64,000 nucleotides of DNA from NCBI GenBank assembly GCA_965214835.1, contig CBDCCK010000002.1, forward strand, positions 2,624,001 to 2,688,000. The letters are read 5' to 3'. Below are positions 10,548 through 21,428 of the stretch, piece after piece; the first letter of the stretch is position 1, and the number at the start of each line of letters is the position of its first letter. The notes beneath the pieces were generated by a model. It did no database searches. It saw only the letters and a program-made list of their open reading frames with translations, and had not been told where the DNA came from. The position numbers were made by a program, and so were the translations under genes. This DNA comes from Nitrosopumilaceae archaeon. Its GTDB lineage: Archaea > Thermoproteota > Nitrososphaeria > Nitrososphaerales > Nitrosopumilaceae.

Positions 10548-11731
10548 TAGCAACGAACAGAAGTCTTTGAGCCAAAACAGGGTTCATTCGAAAGGTATGA
10601 CGATCGCGTAACCGGCAAGCATGGCAAAGGAAGCAGACAGCCTGTCAGAGGCCATGCGCAGAGAAAAGGATGCCAAAGTCTACAAAAAGATCATGGCGTT
10701 GATGTTTGTGCCAGAGAACAACATAGGTGTGTCCGAGGCTGCAAGGATCCGGTGCAGTGAGAATTCCGTGCGCAGTCAGCTGGCGAGGTTCTCGGAGGAC
10801 GGCATGGACGGCCTCCGGGATCCTCCCCGCTCTGGATGCAGGCGAAGCGGACGGAAAAAGGACTGTCGCCATAATGGACCTGTCCATTGAACGCAACAGT
10901 ACCGACGTCATGACGGTGCGCGATGACATAAGGGATGCCGCCTGGACAGAACACGGCACAGGACATGTACGAAGACTGATGCGCCAGTACGGCCTGTCGC
11001 GCCGCAAGGTGTAAAACATATAGTGAAAAACAGAAGTTCATGAAAATTTGGACTGGGTTCTGAAGCACTCCGTAACGTCTTGATCTTCACGAACTTTTGT
11101 TTCACACTATACAGTCAACCATGCCGCCCCAAGCCCGGCATACTCATGGCAGCGATACCTTGAAGACGTGCGTATTCCGCGCCTGAAAAACGGCGGTTTT
11201 ATGCTGGTGTCATCTGATGAGGCATTCTTCGTGCAGGACTCCGACAGATACGTATGGGGTCCGGTCTGCACCAGAAGCGTGGCATCGTATTCGGGGAACC
11301 GCACAAGGGCGGCCGTGTTTGGAAGCATCGCAGAGGACGGCAGGAAGCCGTTCGGGACGCTTGCGGGATCTTTTACGTCGGTGCAGTTCATAGAATGTCT
11401 GGAGGCGCTGCGTGCCAGGTCTGGCAGGGTTGCCGTCTTTTGCGACAGGTGGAGCGTGCACAGATCTGCTGACGTCGCAGAATATCTGGCGGGTCATCCC
11501 GACGTCAGGCTGATACTGATCCCAAGGGGATCGCCGTACCTCAATGTCGTGGAAGAATGCCGGAGCCTAGGCAAGCATGCCGTTTTCATGGGGACAGTGT
11601 ACAGAAAGGTCAGCGAGCTGCGGCGCACCATATCCGAATATTACAGGACGGTGTAGTTTGTCCGCCTTTACATGTACAGGTACATCTACAGATCGCCGGT
11701 CAAGGCCTTCAATTACTTGTGACCGTTGTTA
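10548..11731 (+). mobile_element. IS630-family element (copy 2, degenerate transposase)
   Basis: Homologous to copy 1; frameshifts, stops and an internal MITE. Confidence 0.9.
11021..11109. mobile_element. TA-flanked MITE inside IS630 copy 2
   Basis: TIR tagtgaaaaacagaagttc / gaacttttgtttcacacta; absent from copy 1. Confidence 0.85.
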
Positions 11732-13334
11732 TAATTCATCAATATCTGAAATATGACGTAAAGGATTGAAATTAAATGTAAAATTAATCACGTTTGATGA
11801 TGAATCAAGCCATTTCTTTGATAAAAAAAATGAATTAATTGCAGAATCACTACTTTCTTCAATAATTGTTTGAATTGTTTTAAAATTCCTAATAGTCTTG
11901 GAGGCTTCAAAGATTTGAAAATTCGATTGGTGTGCAAAATTATTAAAAGTATCTTGAGTAATTTCTTTTGTATCTAATGTTTTTATCGGCCTTTCAAAAT
12001 CAATTCCAGATACAGTAGTTCCGATTGTAACCCCGCAGCCTGCCTCAGTCCGGATCAGGGGGCTTTTTGATCCGTACGCTTGTGAGCTGCCTGATGATGC
12101 GGGCAAGCAGCACCTTGAGCTTGACTGCTTTTTTCTTGCTCCCAAATCTTGCGATCATCCAGATGTTCGACATGGCAAGTGCCAGGTAGAACAGCATGAG
12201 CCTTATGGAGTCGTTCCGGCTGCAGGTGAGCGGCTTGGATCTCTTGGCGTCGCGGTATCCGGTCTCTATGCCCCACCTCTTGCGGTACTCCTCGGGAAGC
12301 TCCAGCAGGTCCTCGCGGGTGCAGCCGGTCATGTTGGTAAGAAAGGCGATGTGGAACTTTTTCTTCTTCTTGTCCTCCCTTTCCAGTATTATCATGTTGC
12401 ATGTTATCTTGTCGCTGCCCGATGATACCGTATACCTGCTGACTGCATCCCTCCTGCCATCGACGTACTCCTCTATGGCCCTCTTCACTGCCTCGGTGAG
12501 CCTGGCAGGAGTCACGAACTTCATCCGGGCACCCCTGACGGCCTTGAACACGCCGACGGAGTAAAACTCCCTGTCCATCAGAACCAGCCACGGCCTGATG
12601 CCCGCTCCCCTGGTAGTCTGCAGCAGTTTACGCACGAATTCGGGGTTGAATCCGTCCCTGGTGACCTGAAGGCACGCAAGGTGCACCTGGTGCTCCTCTC
12701 CGACGGTCCTTGCCGTAATGTAGGCCTCGGCCGTGTTGGTGCCCGGCCCCCTGTACTTTATCTTGTGGGTCATGTCCGGCTTGTGGTCGTACCTGGGAAT
12801 CTTGGTCTTGTCGATGGCGATTATCGGGTTCCTGCTGATCAGGCCGCCATCTATAGAGTCCCTAACCGTCCTGCCTAGGATCCGGTCTGCCTTCCTGTGC
12901 ATCGTCTCGTACCGTATCTGACCCAGCTTGCCAAGCAGCCAGTCGGCGCCGGGGCTGCGGCCCGTAGAATCCCGGAGCGACTCCGAGGCCTGCTCGGCGC
13001 ACATGCGCTCCTTGGACATCGTTGCCAGAAGAGCCGCGGCATCCACTTCGTTGTATATCGCGTTGGGCCTGTCAGAGAACCTCATGCCTATGGATGAGAC
13101 GGCTGCTTGGTACATTTTGCGCTCCCTGTGTCCGCACAGCTGAACAACCTTGTCCCGTTTTGGCATGCAGGTACTGCCTGGCCCCCGTCTATAGATCTGG
13201 TTGATCAGAAAAACCTGTCATTTTACTGTATTTTCAGGCCACAATCGGAACTACTGAGATATCGCAAATCGTTTAATATTGAACCATGAATTTTTATCTT
13301 CGATTGTTTCTTTTATCTGGATACTATTTGCCAT
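11732..13334 (-). pseudogene. 5' portion of a 379-aa uncharacterised gene ('gene X'), interrupted by ISH3
   Basis: MANSIQ...RFAIS (13334-13257) joins GIDFERP...DIDEL (12007-11732) in frame across TSD agata. Confidence 0.85.
12013..13256 (-). mobile_element. ISH3-family (IS4-like) element, transposase 12045-13166
   Basis: TIR cagtagttccgattgt / acaatcggaactactg, 5-bp TSD agata; IAIDKT, MDREFY and YRKRWGIETGYR motifs. Confidence 0.92.
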
Positions 13335-13419
13335 TTTTACAACTCTTGACTTGATTCGTAACCGAACTTATTATGTTATCTGACACGCGAAATTTTGATA
13401 CTTTAATCGCTTGTAACAA

Positions 13420-15133
13420 TAGACCTTATGCGTAAACGAAATTAGCGGCGATGCCCCCGGCGCACGGGCTACAAATGGGGCGAGTCAGGGCCGGCGCACG
13501 CGTGACTGTACCTCATTACGTTGAAAATATTTGATCAAACCTGCAAGTATTTTCAGCCGGTTGATTTAGATCCGGGATCCATTCCCACACAAGGGTGATG
13601 TCAGAGTACAAGGACGAGCTGATACGACTGCTGAGGAGGAAGATCGAGCAGTACGAGAAGGAGAAGATGCAGGACAGGAAGGAGAAGGCGCGGGACAAAA
13701 AGAAGATCAAAAAGTACGAGAAGAGGATCAAGAGGCACGAGAAGAGAATCAGGAAGGACAGGAAGGAGAAGGCGCGGGGCAGGAAGGAGAGGATGCAGTA
13801 CAGAAAGAAGATCAGAGAGTACGAAAGAAAGAGCAGGCAGGACGACAGGAGGCACGAGAAGGATCAGGAGAGGATAGGGCAGCTGGAGCAGCGGCTGGAC
13901 ACCGAGCGCCGGATGTGGCCCGCAACCTGGGATGACGACAGGCGCACCATAGACCGCGCCGCCTTCATGCACAGGCTCGAGGTGCTCGAGGACATAATCT
14001 GCGGCGGATCCCTGCAGTCCACCACGTCGATGGACCGCCGCCAGTTTGACTATATATCCGACCGGTTTACAAAGCTTGCCAAAAAGCATACGGAGGGCCC
14101 ACTATTCTCCGAGGACGAGGACGACGGGCCCGGAAACCGGTGCAAGCTGTCCTACCGTCACACCCTGTTGATGTCGCTGATGCGCAAGTACGGAAACCCG
14201 ACGCAGGGGGCAGCTTGCGGCGTTCTTTGGCATAGACCAGAGTACGGTATGCAGGTACCTCAAGTATTGCGACATGATATTTCTCAAGATACTGCCCACG
14301 CCGGACACCATGTCTCAGAAGATACGAAACGCCCGCACGATCAAGGAGGTCAAGAAGATCGTCCCGGATCTGACCATAATGGTCGACGGCACGCACATCG
14401 ACATACAGCGCCCCTCGGACAAGGAGCCAAGAAAGGGGGGCGTACTCGGGCAAGAAGGACTTTACGCGTAACACCCACGGGTGATTGCAGGCAGCAAGGG
14501 ACTGGTGATATATGCGAGTCGGCGCCCGGAAGCGTGCACGACCTCACCATGATAAAGAACAACCCCCCGGATCTGGGAACCCTGACTGCCAGGATGCGCA
14601 GCAACAGGTACCTCGAGGACGAGAAGGTAAAGCTGTTCTCGGATCTGGGATACGTGGGAATCAAGAGACTATACCCCGGGGTCATATCAATGCAGCCCCA
14701 CAAGAAGCCAAGGGGGGGCAAGCTTACAAAGAAACAGAAGGCGCAGAACAGGAGGATAAGCAGCAAGAGGGTGACAGTAGAGCACGCCATAGGACGGATA
14801 AAGCAGTACAAGTGGATGCGTGATCCGTACGACGGGACCGCCGAGGAGTTCGACCGGGAGTTCCAGGTGACGGCCGGGCTTGCCAACTTTAGGCTGCTGT
14901 GGGACAAGCGGAACAAGAAGCTCATGCGTGGGTTCTGATACCACGATACGGAGCGCATTGCGGCGCCACACGATGCCGCACGACATTGTAGTTTTTATCA
15001 GCTGTAATGATCCGTAGATATACGATATACGGACTCTGCCGCCCCTGTACACGTCGTGTGATGCCGCCAGCCTTGCATGTGTGGTCGGCCACCGTCGGAA
15101 TATTTCGATCCGGTCGTTTACGCATAAGGTCTA
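13420..15133 (+). mobile_element. IS5-family (DDE_Tnp_4-type) element, transposase 13595-14938 with internal frameshifts
   Basis: TIR tagaccttatgcgtaaacga / tcgtttacgcataaggtcta; VDGTHIDIQRP (shifted frame), SDLGY, RVTVEHAIGRIK. Confidence 0.9.
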
Positions 15134-15223
15134 AAGTATAAAGCGATGGAATGCCTAGTAGATGCGTCTGACTGAGAAACGCACACTCGCAGCGGCCCGT
15201 GCAGGGAATCAGAATAATTTGAT

Positions 15224-15892
15224 ATGGGAGTTTGCCCCTCAGGCGACACTGCCGGCAGGGGTCTTCATGATCACGCCTGCCACGCTGTATCTTGGGGGAG
15301 GGGTAAACTCACGTTTGAAAGGATAAAATTTGGTGACGGAACCCGCAAGGAGTTGGTGCTGGTTGTAGGAGACACCAACCTCTTCTTACAGGATGCAGCG
15401 CACCAGGTCGGCGCGGATCTAGAGGCGTTTCTGAGCGGGAAGACAAAGATAGTCTTCAAGGAGGTCAAACGCGAGATCGGCAAGCGTGCCAAGATGTTAG
15501 AACGCGTATGCAAGACTGTCAAGATAGGTCAACTACAGTACGGTGGGTTTCTAGAACACATACGTCTCTTGCAGAAGCAGATGGCAAACAATCCGTCAAG
15601 CCAGATGTCCAGAAAGTGGCTTAGGAAAAAGACCCGATTAAGGAGGCTTGCAGACATCGACGAGGGGGTGCTAGTCCAGCACCTGCTGGATCTTGGTCGT
15701 AACGCAGACAGGGTGGACAACAAGATACTGGCAAAGGCCGCAGCCCTCTCGATGGAGTACCGGACATACTTTCTCTCAAGGGACTGGGATCACTTGGTAA
15801 TTGCATGCGCCATTGAGAGCCACGTCACCGGTGTTGGTGGGCGTCTGAGCATACTCAATCCAAAGCGGGTTGACACGTGGACAAACACGTAG
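15224..15892 (+). CDS. PIN-domain-like protein
   Basis: VVGDTNLFL, DNKILAKA and FLSRDWDH fit the PIN acidic motif pattern; start uncertain. Confidence 0.6.
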   Translation: MGVCPSGDTAGRGLHDHACHAVSWGRGKLTFERIKFGDGTRKELVLVVGDTNLFLQDAAHQVGADLEAFLSGKTKIVFKEVKREIGKRAKMLERVCKTVKIGQLQYGGFLEHIRLLQKQMANNPSSQMSRKWLRKKTRLRRLADIDEGVLVQHLLDLGRNADRVDNKILAKAAALSMEYRTYFLSRDWDHLVIACAIESHVTGVGGRLSILNPKRVDTWTNT

Positions 15893-15920
15893 ATGCATTA
15901 TCTATGTGTCGTGCTCATAA

Positions 15921-16031
15921 CAGCCGAGTGAAAAGTACTAAAAAATCAAGTAAAAACAGAAGATGGACAGGAGGCACGATGCCTGAGTGTCAGGACAAAA
16001 CAGCAAACCTCATTCACTTTTCACTTGGCTG
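15921..16031. mobile_element. MITE family C variant
   Basis: TIR cagccgagtgaaaagt / acttttcacttggctg. Confidence 0.7.
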
Positions 16032-16099
16032 ATCTTCGGCTATGTCTTGTGTGAAAATTATGTCGCACCATCACCGGTATCCTCCTCCATCCGTTTTGG

Positions 16100-16211
16100 G
16101 TAACATCTCGGATTCTGGAAGTTCAGGCTTGATCTTTGATACCAACGAACGCTGATCAAAACAGGGTTTGTGCCTAGAATCAGAAACGGCTTCCAGAACC
16201 CGATCAGCTAC
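16100..16211. mobile_element. MITE family A (diverged)
   Basis: gtaacatctcggattctggaagttcagg ... cttccagaacccgatcagctac. Confidence 0.75.
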
Positions 16212-16270
16212 TACAAGAGCGCATTTCTTTTATCATGCGCTCAGCTGCCGATGATCCCAGCCATATGCGG

Positions 16271-16609
16271 CTAGACTTTTTTTGCTTTTTTCATGCTGCG
16301 TTCCAGTCTTTGACTGGCAGGCCCGGTCCAGAAGAACGAGCCATCCTTACCAAACGTGATTTTGCCCTGTTTTTCTAAAATGTCCAGGACGAAGTTAAAC
16401 GACGGGTATTGCATTCCCTTGGGAAGCATGCTGTACAGCTTGCGCTTGGTCTCAAACTCTTTGTTTTCGAGGATTAGTTTTTCGATCTGGACAAAACTTC
16501 TTATCGTGGGATTGTGTCTTCTGCTCTTGTCCAAGATATAGTCCAAAATGGCATCTGGTTTGATCATTTTGCCTTCAACATGCTGTGCACGCCTGTGATA
16601 TTTATACAT
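16271..16609 (-). CDS. Small winged-helix protein, putative antitoxin
   Basis: LYSMLPKGMQYPSFNFVLDILEKQGKI...FFW; paralog of 17967-18293. Confidence 0.7.
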   Translation of the reverse strand: MYKYHRRAQHVEGKMIKPDAILDYILDKSRRHNPTIRSFVQIEKLILENKEFETKRKLYSMLPKGMQYPSFNFVLDILEKQGKITFGKDGSFFWTGPASQRLERSMKKAKKV

Positions 16610-16629
16610 ATGTACGTTTATGTACTGCG

Positions 16630-16956
16630 TTAATATTTGAATCTGTTTTCATAGCTGCTGTGATCAGTTAGCTCCATAAGAAACGCTGACCTTTCTTCTC
16701 GAAAAGTTGTGATCGAATAGATCAGCCTCATGCCTTCGGGCAAATACACGTGAAATGCATTGTCAACCCCGTGTCTTTTTTTGTAGTATTTTGGCATGGT
16801 TTTGAATTTTATCTTCTCCCCAGAAATGACATCCTTTTTCAGATCCTCGATAATCCCTTCAACGTCTTTGAAAACTGCACCCGATTTATCCAGAGACGAG
16901 AACACCGGATCAAAATCTTTGTAGTCGCCATACACTTTCATTGATGCATGGCGCAA
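16630..16956 (-). CDS. RelE/ParE-like putative toxin
   Basis: PKYYKKRHGVDNAFHVYLPEGMRLIYSI...HSSYENRFKY. Confidence 0.7.
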   Translation of the reverse strand: MRHASMKVYGDYKDFDPVFSSLDKSGAVFKDVEGIIEDLKKDVISGEKIKFKTMPKYYKKRHGVDNAFHVYLPEGMRLIYSITTFREERSAFLMELTDHSSYENRFKY

Positions 16957-17230
16957 TCAATATCTAATACTGATATCTGGAAAAACATCCCAAAACAACC
17001 ACCCAAGGCCGTGTCTTTTGTCGTGCTGAATCCCGCGGCTGTAAAATTTTCTCAGAAAAAAAGCACCGTATAGCTTGTGAATGCAGCTGACGTGTTTGTA
17101 TGCGATCGAAGAAAATAGCGCAAGTCGACAGAGGAGCGTGTTTGACTGCTTATCCTGGCTCCGGGCATCTTCCTTCTCCACGCCATCCTAACCGCCCCAA
17201 TTCGGCTTTGGCATGCAGCACTTTTTGTAT

Positions 17231-17308
17231 TAGACTTTACGCGTAATCGATTCAGAACTAAAATTACTACGAACAGATTCACCTCATTCAGATCGATTAC
17301 GCATAAAG
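17231..17308. mobile_element. MITE family B, cut by family C
   Basis: tagactttacgcgtaatcga...cgattacgcataaag. Confidence 0.8.
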
Positions 17309-17459
17309 CAGCCAAGTGAAAAGTACCCCAGTCGGGCAGAAAACCAAGGAATTCAGACCGCCTTGACAACGCCGGTACTCAGGGAGGGCATGGTGATCTA
17401 GCTCAGGGAGCCCAAGCCCCCTCCATGACGCAGGATCTGGGGTACTTTTCACTTAGCTG
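17309..17459. mobile_element. MITE family C
   Basis: TIR cagccaagtgaaaagtacccca / tggggtacttttcacttagctg. Confidence 0.85.
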
Positions 17460-17488
17460 AGATTTCTGGAAAAATTCTGGACAACGCC

Positions 17489-17582
17489 GGATGGAACCTT
17501 GAGGTGCTAAACAGGTTCGAATGCACCGCAAATCTTTGTGTGCTGGTGGAGGCAGCATGGATTGGATTAGGAAACAATCCCC
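17489..17582. mobile_element. MITE family M fragment
   Basis: Reverse complement of 23305-23397. Confidence 0.65.
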
Positions 17583-17655
17583 ACCGTACATGTCTACTAA
17601 ACGTTCAGATAGGTTTAAAATTACAGGTCGTCATGATAGCAGAAGGTCAAAAGCC

Positions 17656-17973
17656 GTGACAAAACACATTCGTGCCAATCCAAAATTCAACAAATTTTAC
17701 AAGTCACTGAATCCAAACGACAGACTGTTTAGGGAACTAAACGCAATTTTTAAGGAACTTGAAGAAGACCCATATCTTGGATCATGGATCAAACCCAAGA
17801 GAATTCCAAAATCGCTCAAGAAGCAGCATCCGAATCTTGACAATTTGTTGCTGGTGAAGATAAACAGGGACTGGCGGCTGTTGTACACCCTGATTGCAGT
17901 GTCGCAAGACAAAACGGTGTGCATCCTAGACGCCATGCGGCACAAAGAATACGATAAACTGTTCGGTTACTGA
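17656..17973 (+). CDS. RelE/ParE-like putative toxin (second paralog)
   Basis: IPKSLKKQHPNLDNLLLVKINRDWRLLYTL...HKEYDKLFGY; start GTG 17656 or ATG 17590. Confidence 0.7.
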   Translation: MTKHIRANPKFNKFYKSLNPNDRLFRELNAIFKELEEDPYLGSWIKPKRIPKSLKKQHPNLDNLLLVKINRDWRLLYTLIAVSQDKTVCILDAMRHKEYDKLFGY

Positions 17974-18293
17974 TATTTCAACTCGACCGAATTCTTGAGC
18001 AGTTCAATCAGTTCGGGCTTGTCTCCGGCAAATATCCAAAAAACTGCACCGTCCCTGTCGTATCCTACTTTGCTTGATTTTTCCAAATTTGTCAAAACTC
18101 TGTAAAAGATGGAATGCGGTATTCTGCACGGCAGTGCGTTATAAAGTTCGATTACGTTACCAAAGCCATGGTTTGACTCTATTGTTCGCGCTATCATCTG
18201 TTCTACCTGCTGGTAGGGGATGCCGGATATCCCATCTGCAACAACTGTATCCTCGCTCATGCGATACATTGTGGTGATTGCATATATAACCAT
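17967..18293 (-). CDS. Small winged-helix protein (second paralog)
   Basis: LYNALPCRIPHSIFYRVLTNLEKSSKVGYDRDGAVFW. Confidence 0.7.
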   Translation of the reverse strand: MVIYAITTMYRMSEDTVVADGISGIPYQQVEQMIARTIESNHGFGNVIELYNALPCRIPHSIFYRVLTNLEKSSKVGYDRDGAVFWIFAGDKPELIELLKNSVELKYQ

Positions 18294-18708
18294 ATGTGGC
18301 AGCTCAGTCTTCCCAAAAGTAACTCAGGGAGGCACCGGTGGAGGTGGTTGGGGCAGCATCCTATAGTCCGATATGCCGCGCTTGATCACGTCCTTGAGGA
18401 CTGCTGGGTGATCAGTGGATCCTCTGTAACGATCCCCGTCATGATCCTCATCATCACGTTTGCCATGACCCACGCGTTGAAGACTGCAACCGAGTACACA
18501 AAGTACAGCATCCTTGCATCGGGGCTCTTGCTGTGGGTCCTGACCCTTGCGTTCTCTATCAGCCGGCACGAATCTGCCTACAGCCGTCATGATTTTCATA
18601 CCCGGATGGCAGGGAGACACGGCCTCATACGAATCTGGCCATGGGCTAACCTATTACGTCTAATTCTTCATCTCCCAACATGACTAGAGACTGATCATTT
18701 GACTGAAC

Positions 18709-18801
18709 GCATGTGGTCACCTACCCCTATCAATCAGGCATGAATGGGCAGGTACAATTATGATTTTCGTGCCTAGCTAGCAAGGGGACGTGACCTCATA
18801 C
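18709..18801. mobile_element. MITE family E
   Basis: gcatgtggtcacctacccc...ggacgtgacctcatac. Confidence 0.85.
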
Positions 18802-19053
18802 ATTCAATCAACTCTCTGCACCGCCATGAGTCCGGTTACATTTGGAAAGACTGCAAGTCAGTAGGCGGAAACGTAATCCCCAGACCGCCCAGATACTACG
18901 GCGGGCCGGCAAACCCGTGTCCTGCAAGGTTTCTTCTGGCCGCCATGACAAGCACTCCTGCGACCGGCAGTAGCGTAAAATCCCAACCTGTGGAGGACTG
19001 CCGTGTCGGGTCTGCAAAAGTGCGTCTAGGAATTACTGATGTGCACAATTGTA

Positions 19054-19281
19054 CTATTTCATTACAGTTTCAATATTTTGAATGACGTTTTTCGATATTT
19101 CATCAAATGATGGGACTGTTGGAAGTAAGGGATTTAGATCCACATCCCATTCATTTTTCATTTTGTTAATACCGTCTTTTATTTTATCTGATGAAAAATC
19201 TTCTTTATAGAAAGACAGTTTTGAATTTACCAAGCTTTTGTCGAGTTCAATGCCTTGTTCAAATAGATACCACACATCATA
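19054..19281 (-). pseudogene. abiEii: abiEii 3' part, displaced by inversion
   Basis: YDVWYLFEQGIELDKSLVNSKL... continues PRHL from 8598 in frame. Confidence 0.88.
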
Positions 19282-19360
19282 TAGCAACGGGCAGAAGTCT
19301 TTGAGTCAAAATAGGTCACAACTACACGTAAAAAACCTCAATTATTTCTGCTCGTTGCTA
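19282..19360. mobile_element. 79-bp MITE related to IS630 copies 1 and 2
   Basis: tagcaacgggcagaagtctttgag ... ctcaatta...cgttgcta, TA flanks. Confidence 0.88.
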
Positions 19361-19362
19361 TA

Positions 19363-21244
19363 AGTGGTTTTTTTGATCTTTACTATGAACACTCAAAACT
19401 AATGGTATCAATACCAAATCTAAAACTTCAGAAATACAGTACTGAAAGAAAAATTGAAACGATTGTCAATATTGACGATTATTTGAAATTTGTTGATTCT
19501 GTTTTTGATATATTGAATACAAAGAACAACAAACCAATCTTTGTACCAATATCATTACGAACGTCACAAAAAGACATCGAAGAAATTTGTACACATTATT
19601 TACAAAGAGATTATCTGAATTTTTGGATTGATTTTGAGGGCAAATCAGTTAATGAACAGCAGATGGGTAGATTACGTTATTTGTATAGAATTTTAAAAGA
19701 AAAGGAACAATTCAAAAATATAGTTTGTTATTGTACCAATATAAAACGAGAAATAATGTCAAATTCCAAATTGGAGTGCAGTCCTGCATCAGATGTCCTT
19801 GCAGCAATTTCTGGGGCTAACATCATTGGCGTAAATAAAGAACCACAAAGACCATTTTTTGATAATACTTCTAGCAGTTTCATAGAACATAAAACTATAC
19901 TGATGACCATTGAAAATTTCGCCTCCCTTACAAGCTGCGCTCAAGATACTTGTAGATGTCAACCCTGATGGAACACGTCCTAAAGTATTCCGAGACGGCC
20001 TTTTTGAGGTGATCCACCGTGTCGTAAAAGGCAGACGTGACCAGCCTGTACTTGGCATCCTTCCAGACTGCCTCTATGGCGCTCAGCTCCGGCCTAGCTA
20101 CCGGCAGGTACAGCAAGACAACGTCGGGATTTTTCTTTAGGTATCTGCGGACCTTTTTGGTCTTGTGCTGTGCTGCGTTGTCCATCACCATCAGGACCTT
20201 TCCCCACTTTTTGTGCGCCTGTTTAAGATAATGCACAAAGTTTGCGCTGTTGAACCTGTCGTACGTGCGCATCAGCCTGGTTCCGTCGTCTGCAATCGTC
20301 CCGTATACCACGACGCGCTCCCTTCTGCCGGATCGTTCCACCTCGATCCTGTCCCCCACGGGCGACCAGAACTTTTTGCCGTCCCTTCCCGTACTGACGA
20401 ATATCGATTCGTCCTGTACGGTTATCCTAAATCCGCGCCTTTTTGCAAGCTTTATCGCAGTTTTTGCCTCTCTTTGCCACCGTCTTACAGCTTTTGCGTC
20501 GGCAGCATCTGCCAGCTTGGTAGTTGATGTCTTTAGCGAAAACCCCATCGCGCGCAGGATCCTCCTGATGCTTCCCACGCTGTATGTGACATGCAGCCTG
20601 TGGCGCACCCAGTTGCACAGCTTCTTCGGGGTGAGCTTTTCCATCCTGCGCAGCCTCGTGGCGATCTTTTTTATCCTGCCGACCGGAACCTTTGGTTTTT
20701 TGCCCCTGTTGGGGGAGTCACGGAGGCCCTCGATGCCGTCAAGCTCGAACCTTTCAACCCACATCTGTACGGTGCGCTGTGTCACGTCGGCAATCTCCGC
20801 AGTATGTGCGGTGGTGTTGCCAAGCAGTACGGAGCGCACCGCCATGATTCTGGTGTGAGTCTTGAGATCCTTTTCGACATGCATGGCATCCGTGAGGATT
20901 TTCGTCTTGTTCATGCCGGGAGTGACATGGTGGGGAGCTATAAACCTTTACAAGATGTGTGATCAGGCGAAATTTTCAATGACCATCAGTATAGATTACT
21001 AGACAGAAAAACATATTTTTACAATAAAACAAGTGATGAAAAATATTTTAAAAAGGATCGTAACGTAACACAAAATGCTGTAAAACTCAATGAAGAATTT
21101 CACTCTCAATCGGAAAATTTTTTGAAAGAATTTACCATAGTAAATACATTGAAAGAGAAGTCAATGTTAAAAAAAGACAAAAAGCTTCTAAAAGCCTTAA
21201 CCACCAAATCCCCAATCACTAAAAAAATAGATCAATGGTTTTAA
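19363..21244 (+). pseudogene. 3' portion of gene X, interrupted by a second IS630 type
   Basis: SGFFDLYY...IEHKT (19363-19897) joins RLLDRKTY...IDQWF* (20994-21244) across the TA. Confidence 0.88.
19898..20991 (-). mobile_element. IS630-family element (different subfamily), intact transposase 19928-20914
   Basis: TIR tactgatgaccattgaaaatttcgcct / aggcgaaattttcaatgaccatcagta; QDES, MDNAAQH, PELSAIE. Confidence 0.93.
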
Positions 21245-21248
21245 TCAA

Positions 21249-21320
21249 TAGACTTGTGCATAATCGACCTGAGTGAGATGAATTTGTTCCTAATAATCCT
21301 AGATCTGAATAGATTACGCG
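21249..21320. mobile_element. MITE family B (reverse orientation, partial)
   Basis: Reverse complement of the 23018-23099 interior. Confidence 0.75.
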
Positions 21321-21428
21321 GGGTTGTCCAATTTTTTCCTACAGGCTGCCCGTCTGCCCCCGATGCGGGCGGCTTTAGACGGCAATACGTGGGGCATTTG
21401 GCGGCCCCGGACAGCCAAAACGGCGCAT

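Noticed and set aside
18294-18683. 129-aa membrane-like ORF
   Set aside because: Only a central hydrophobic stretch looks genuine; too weak to call.
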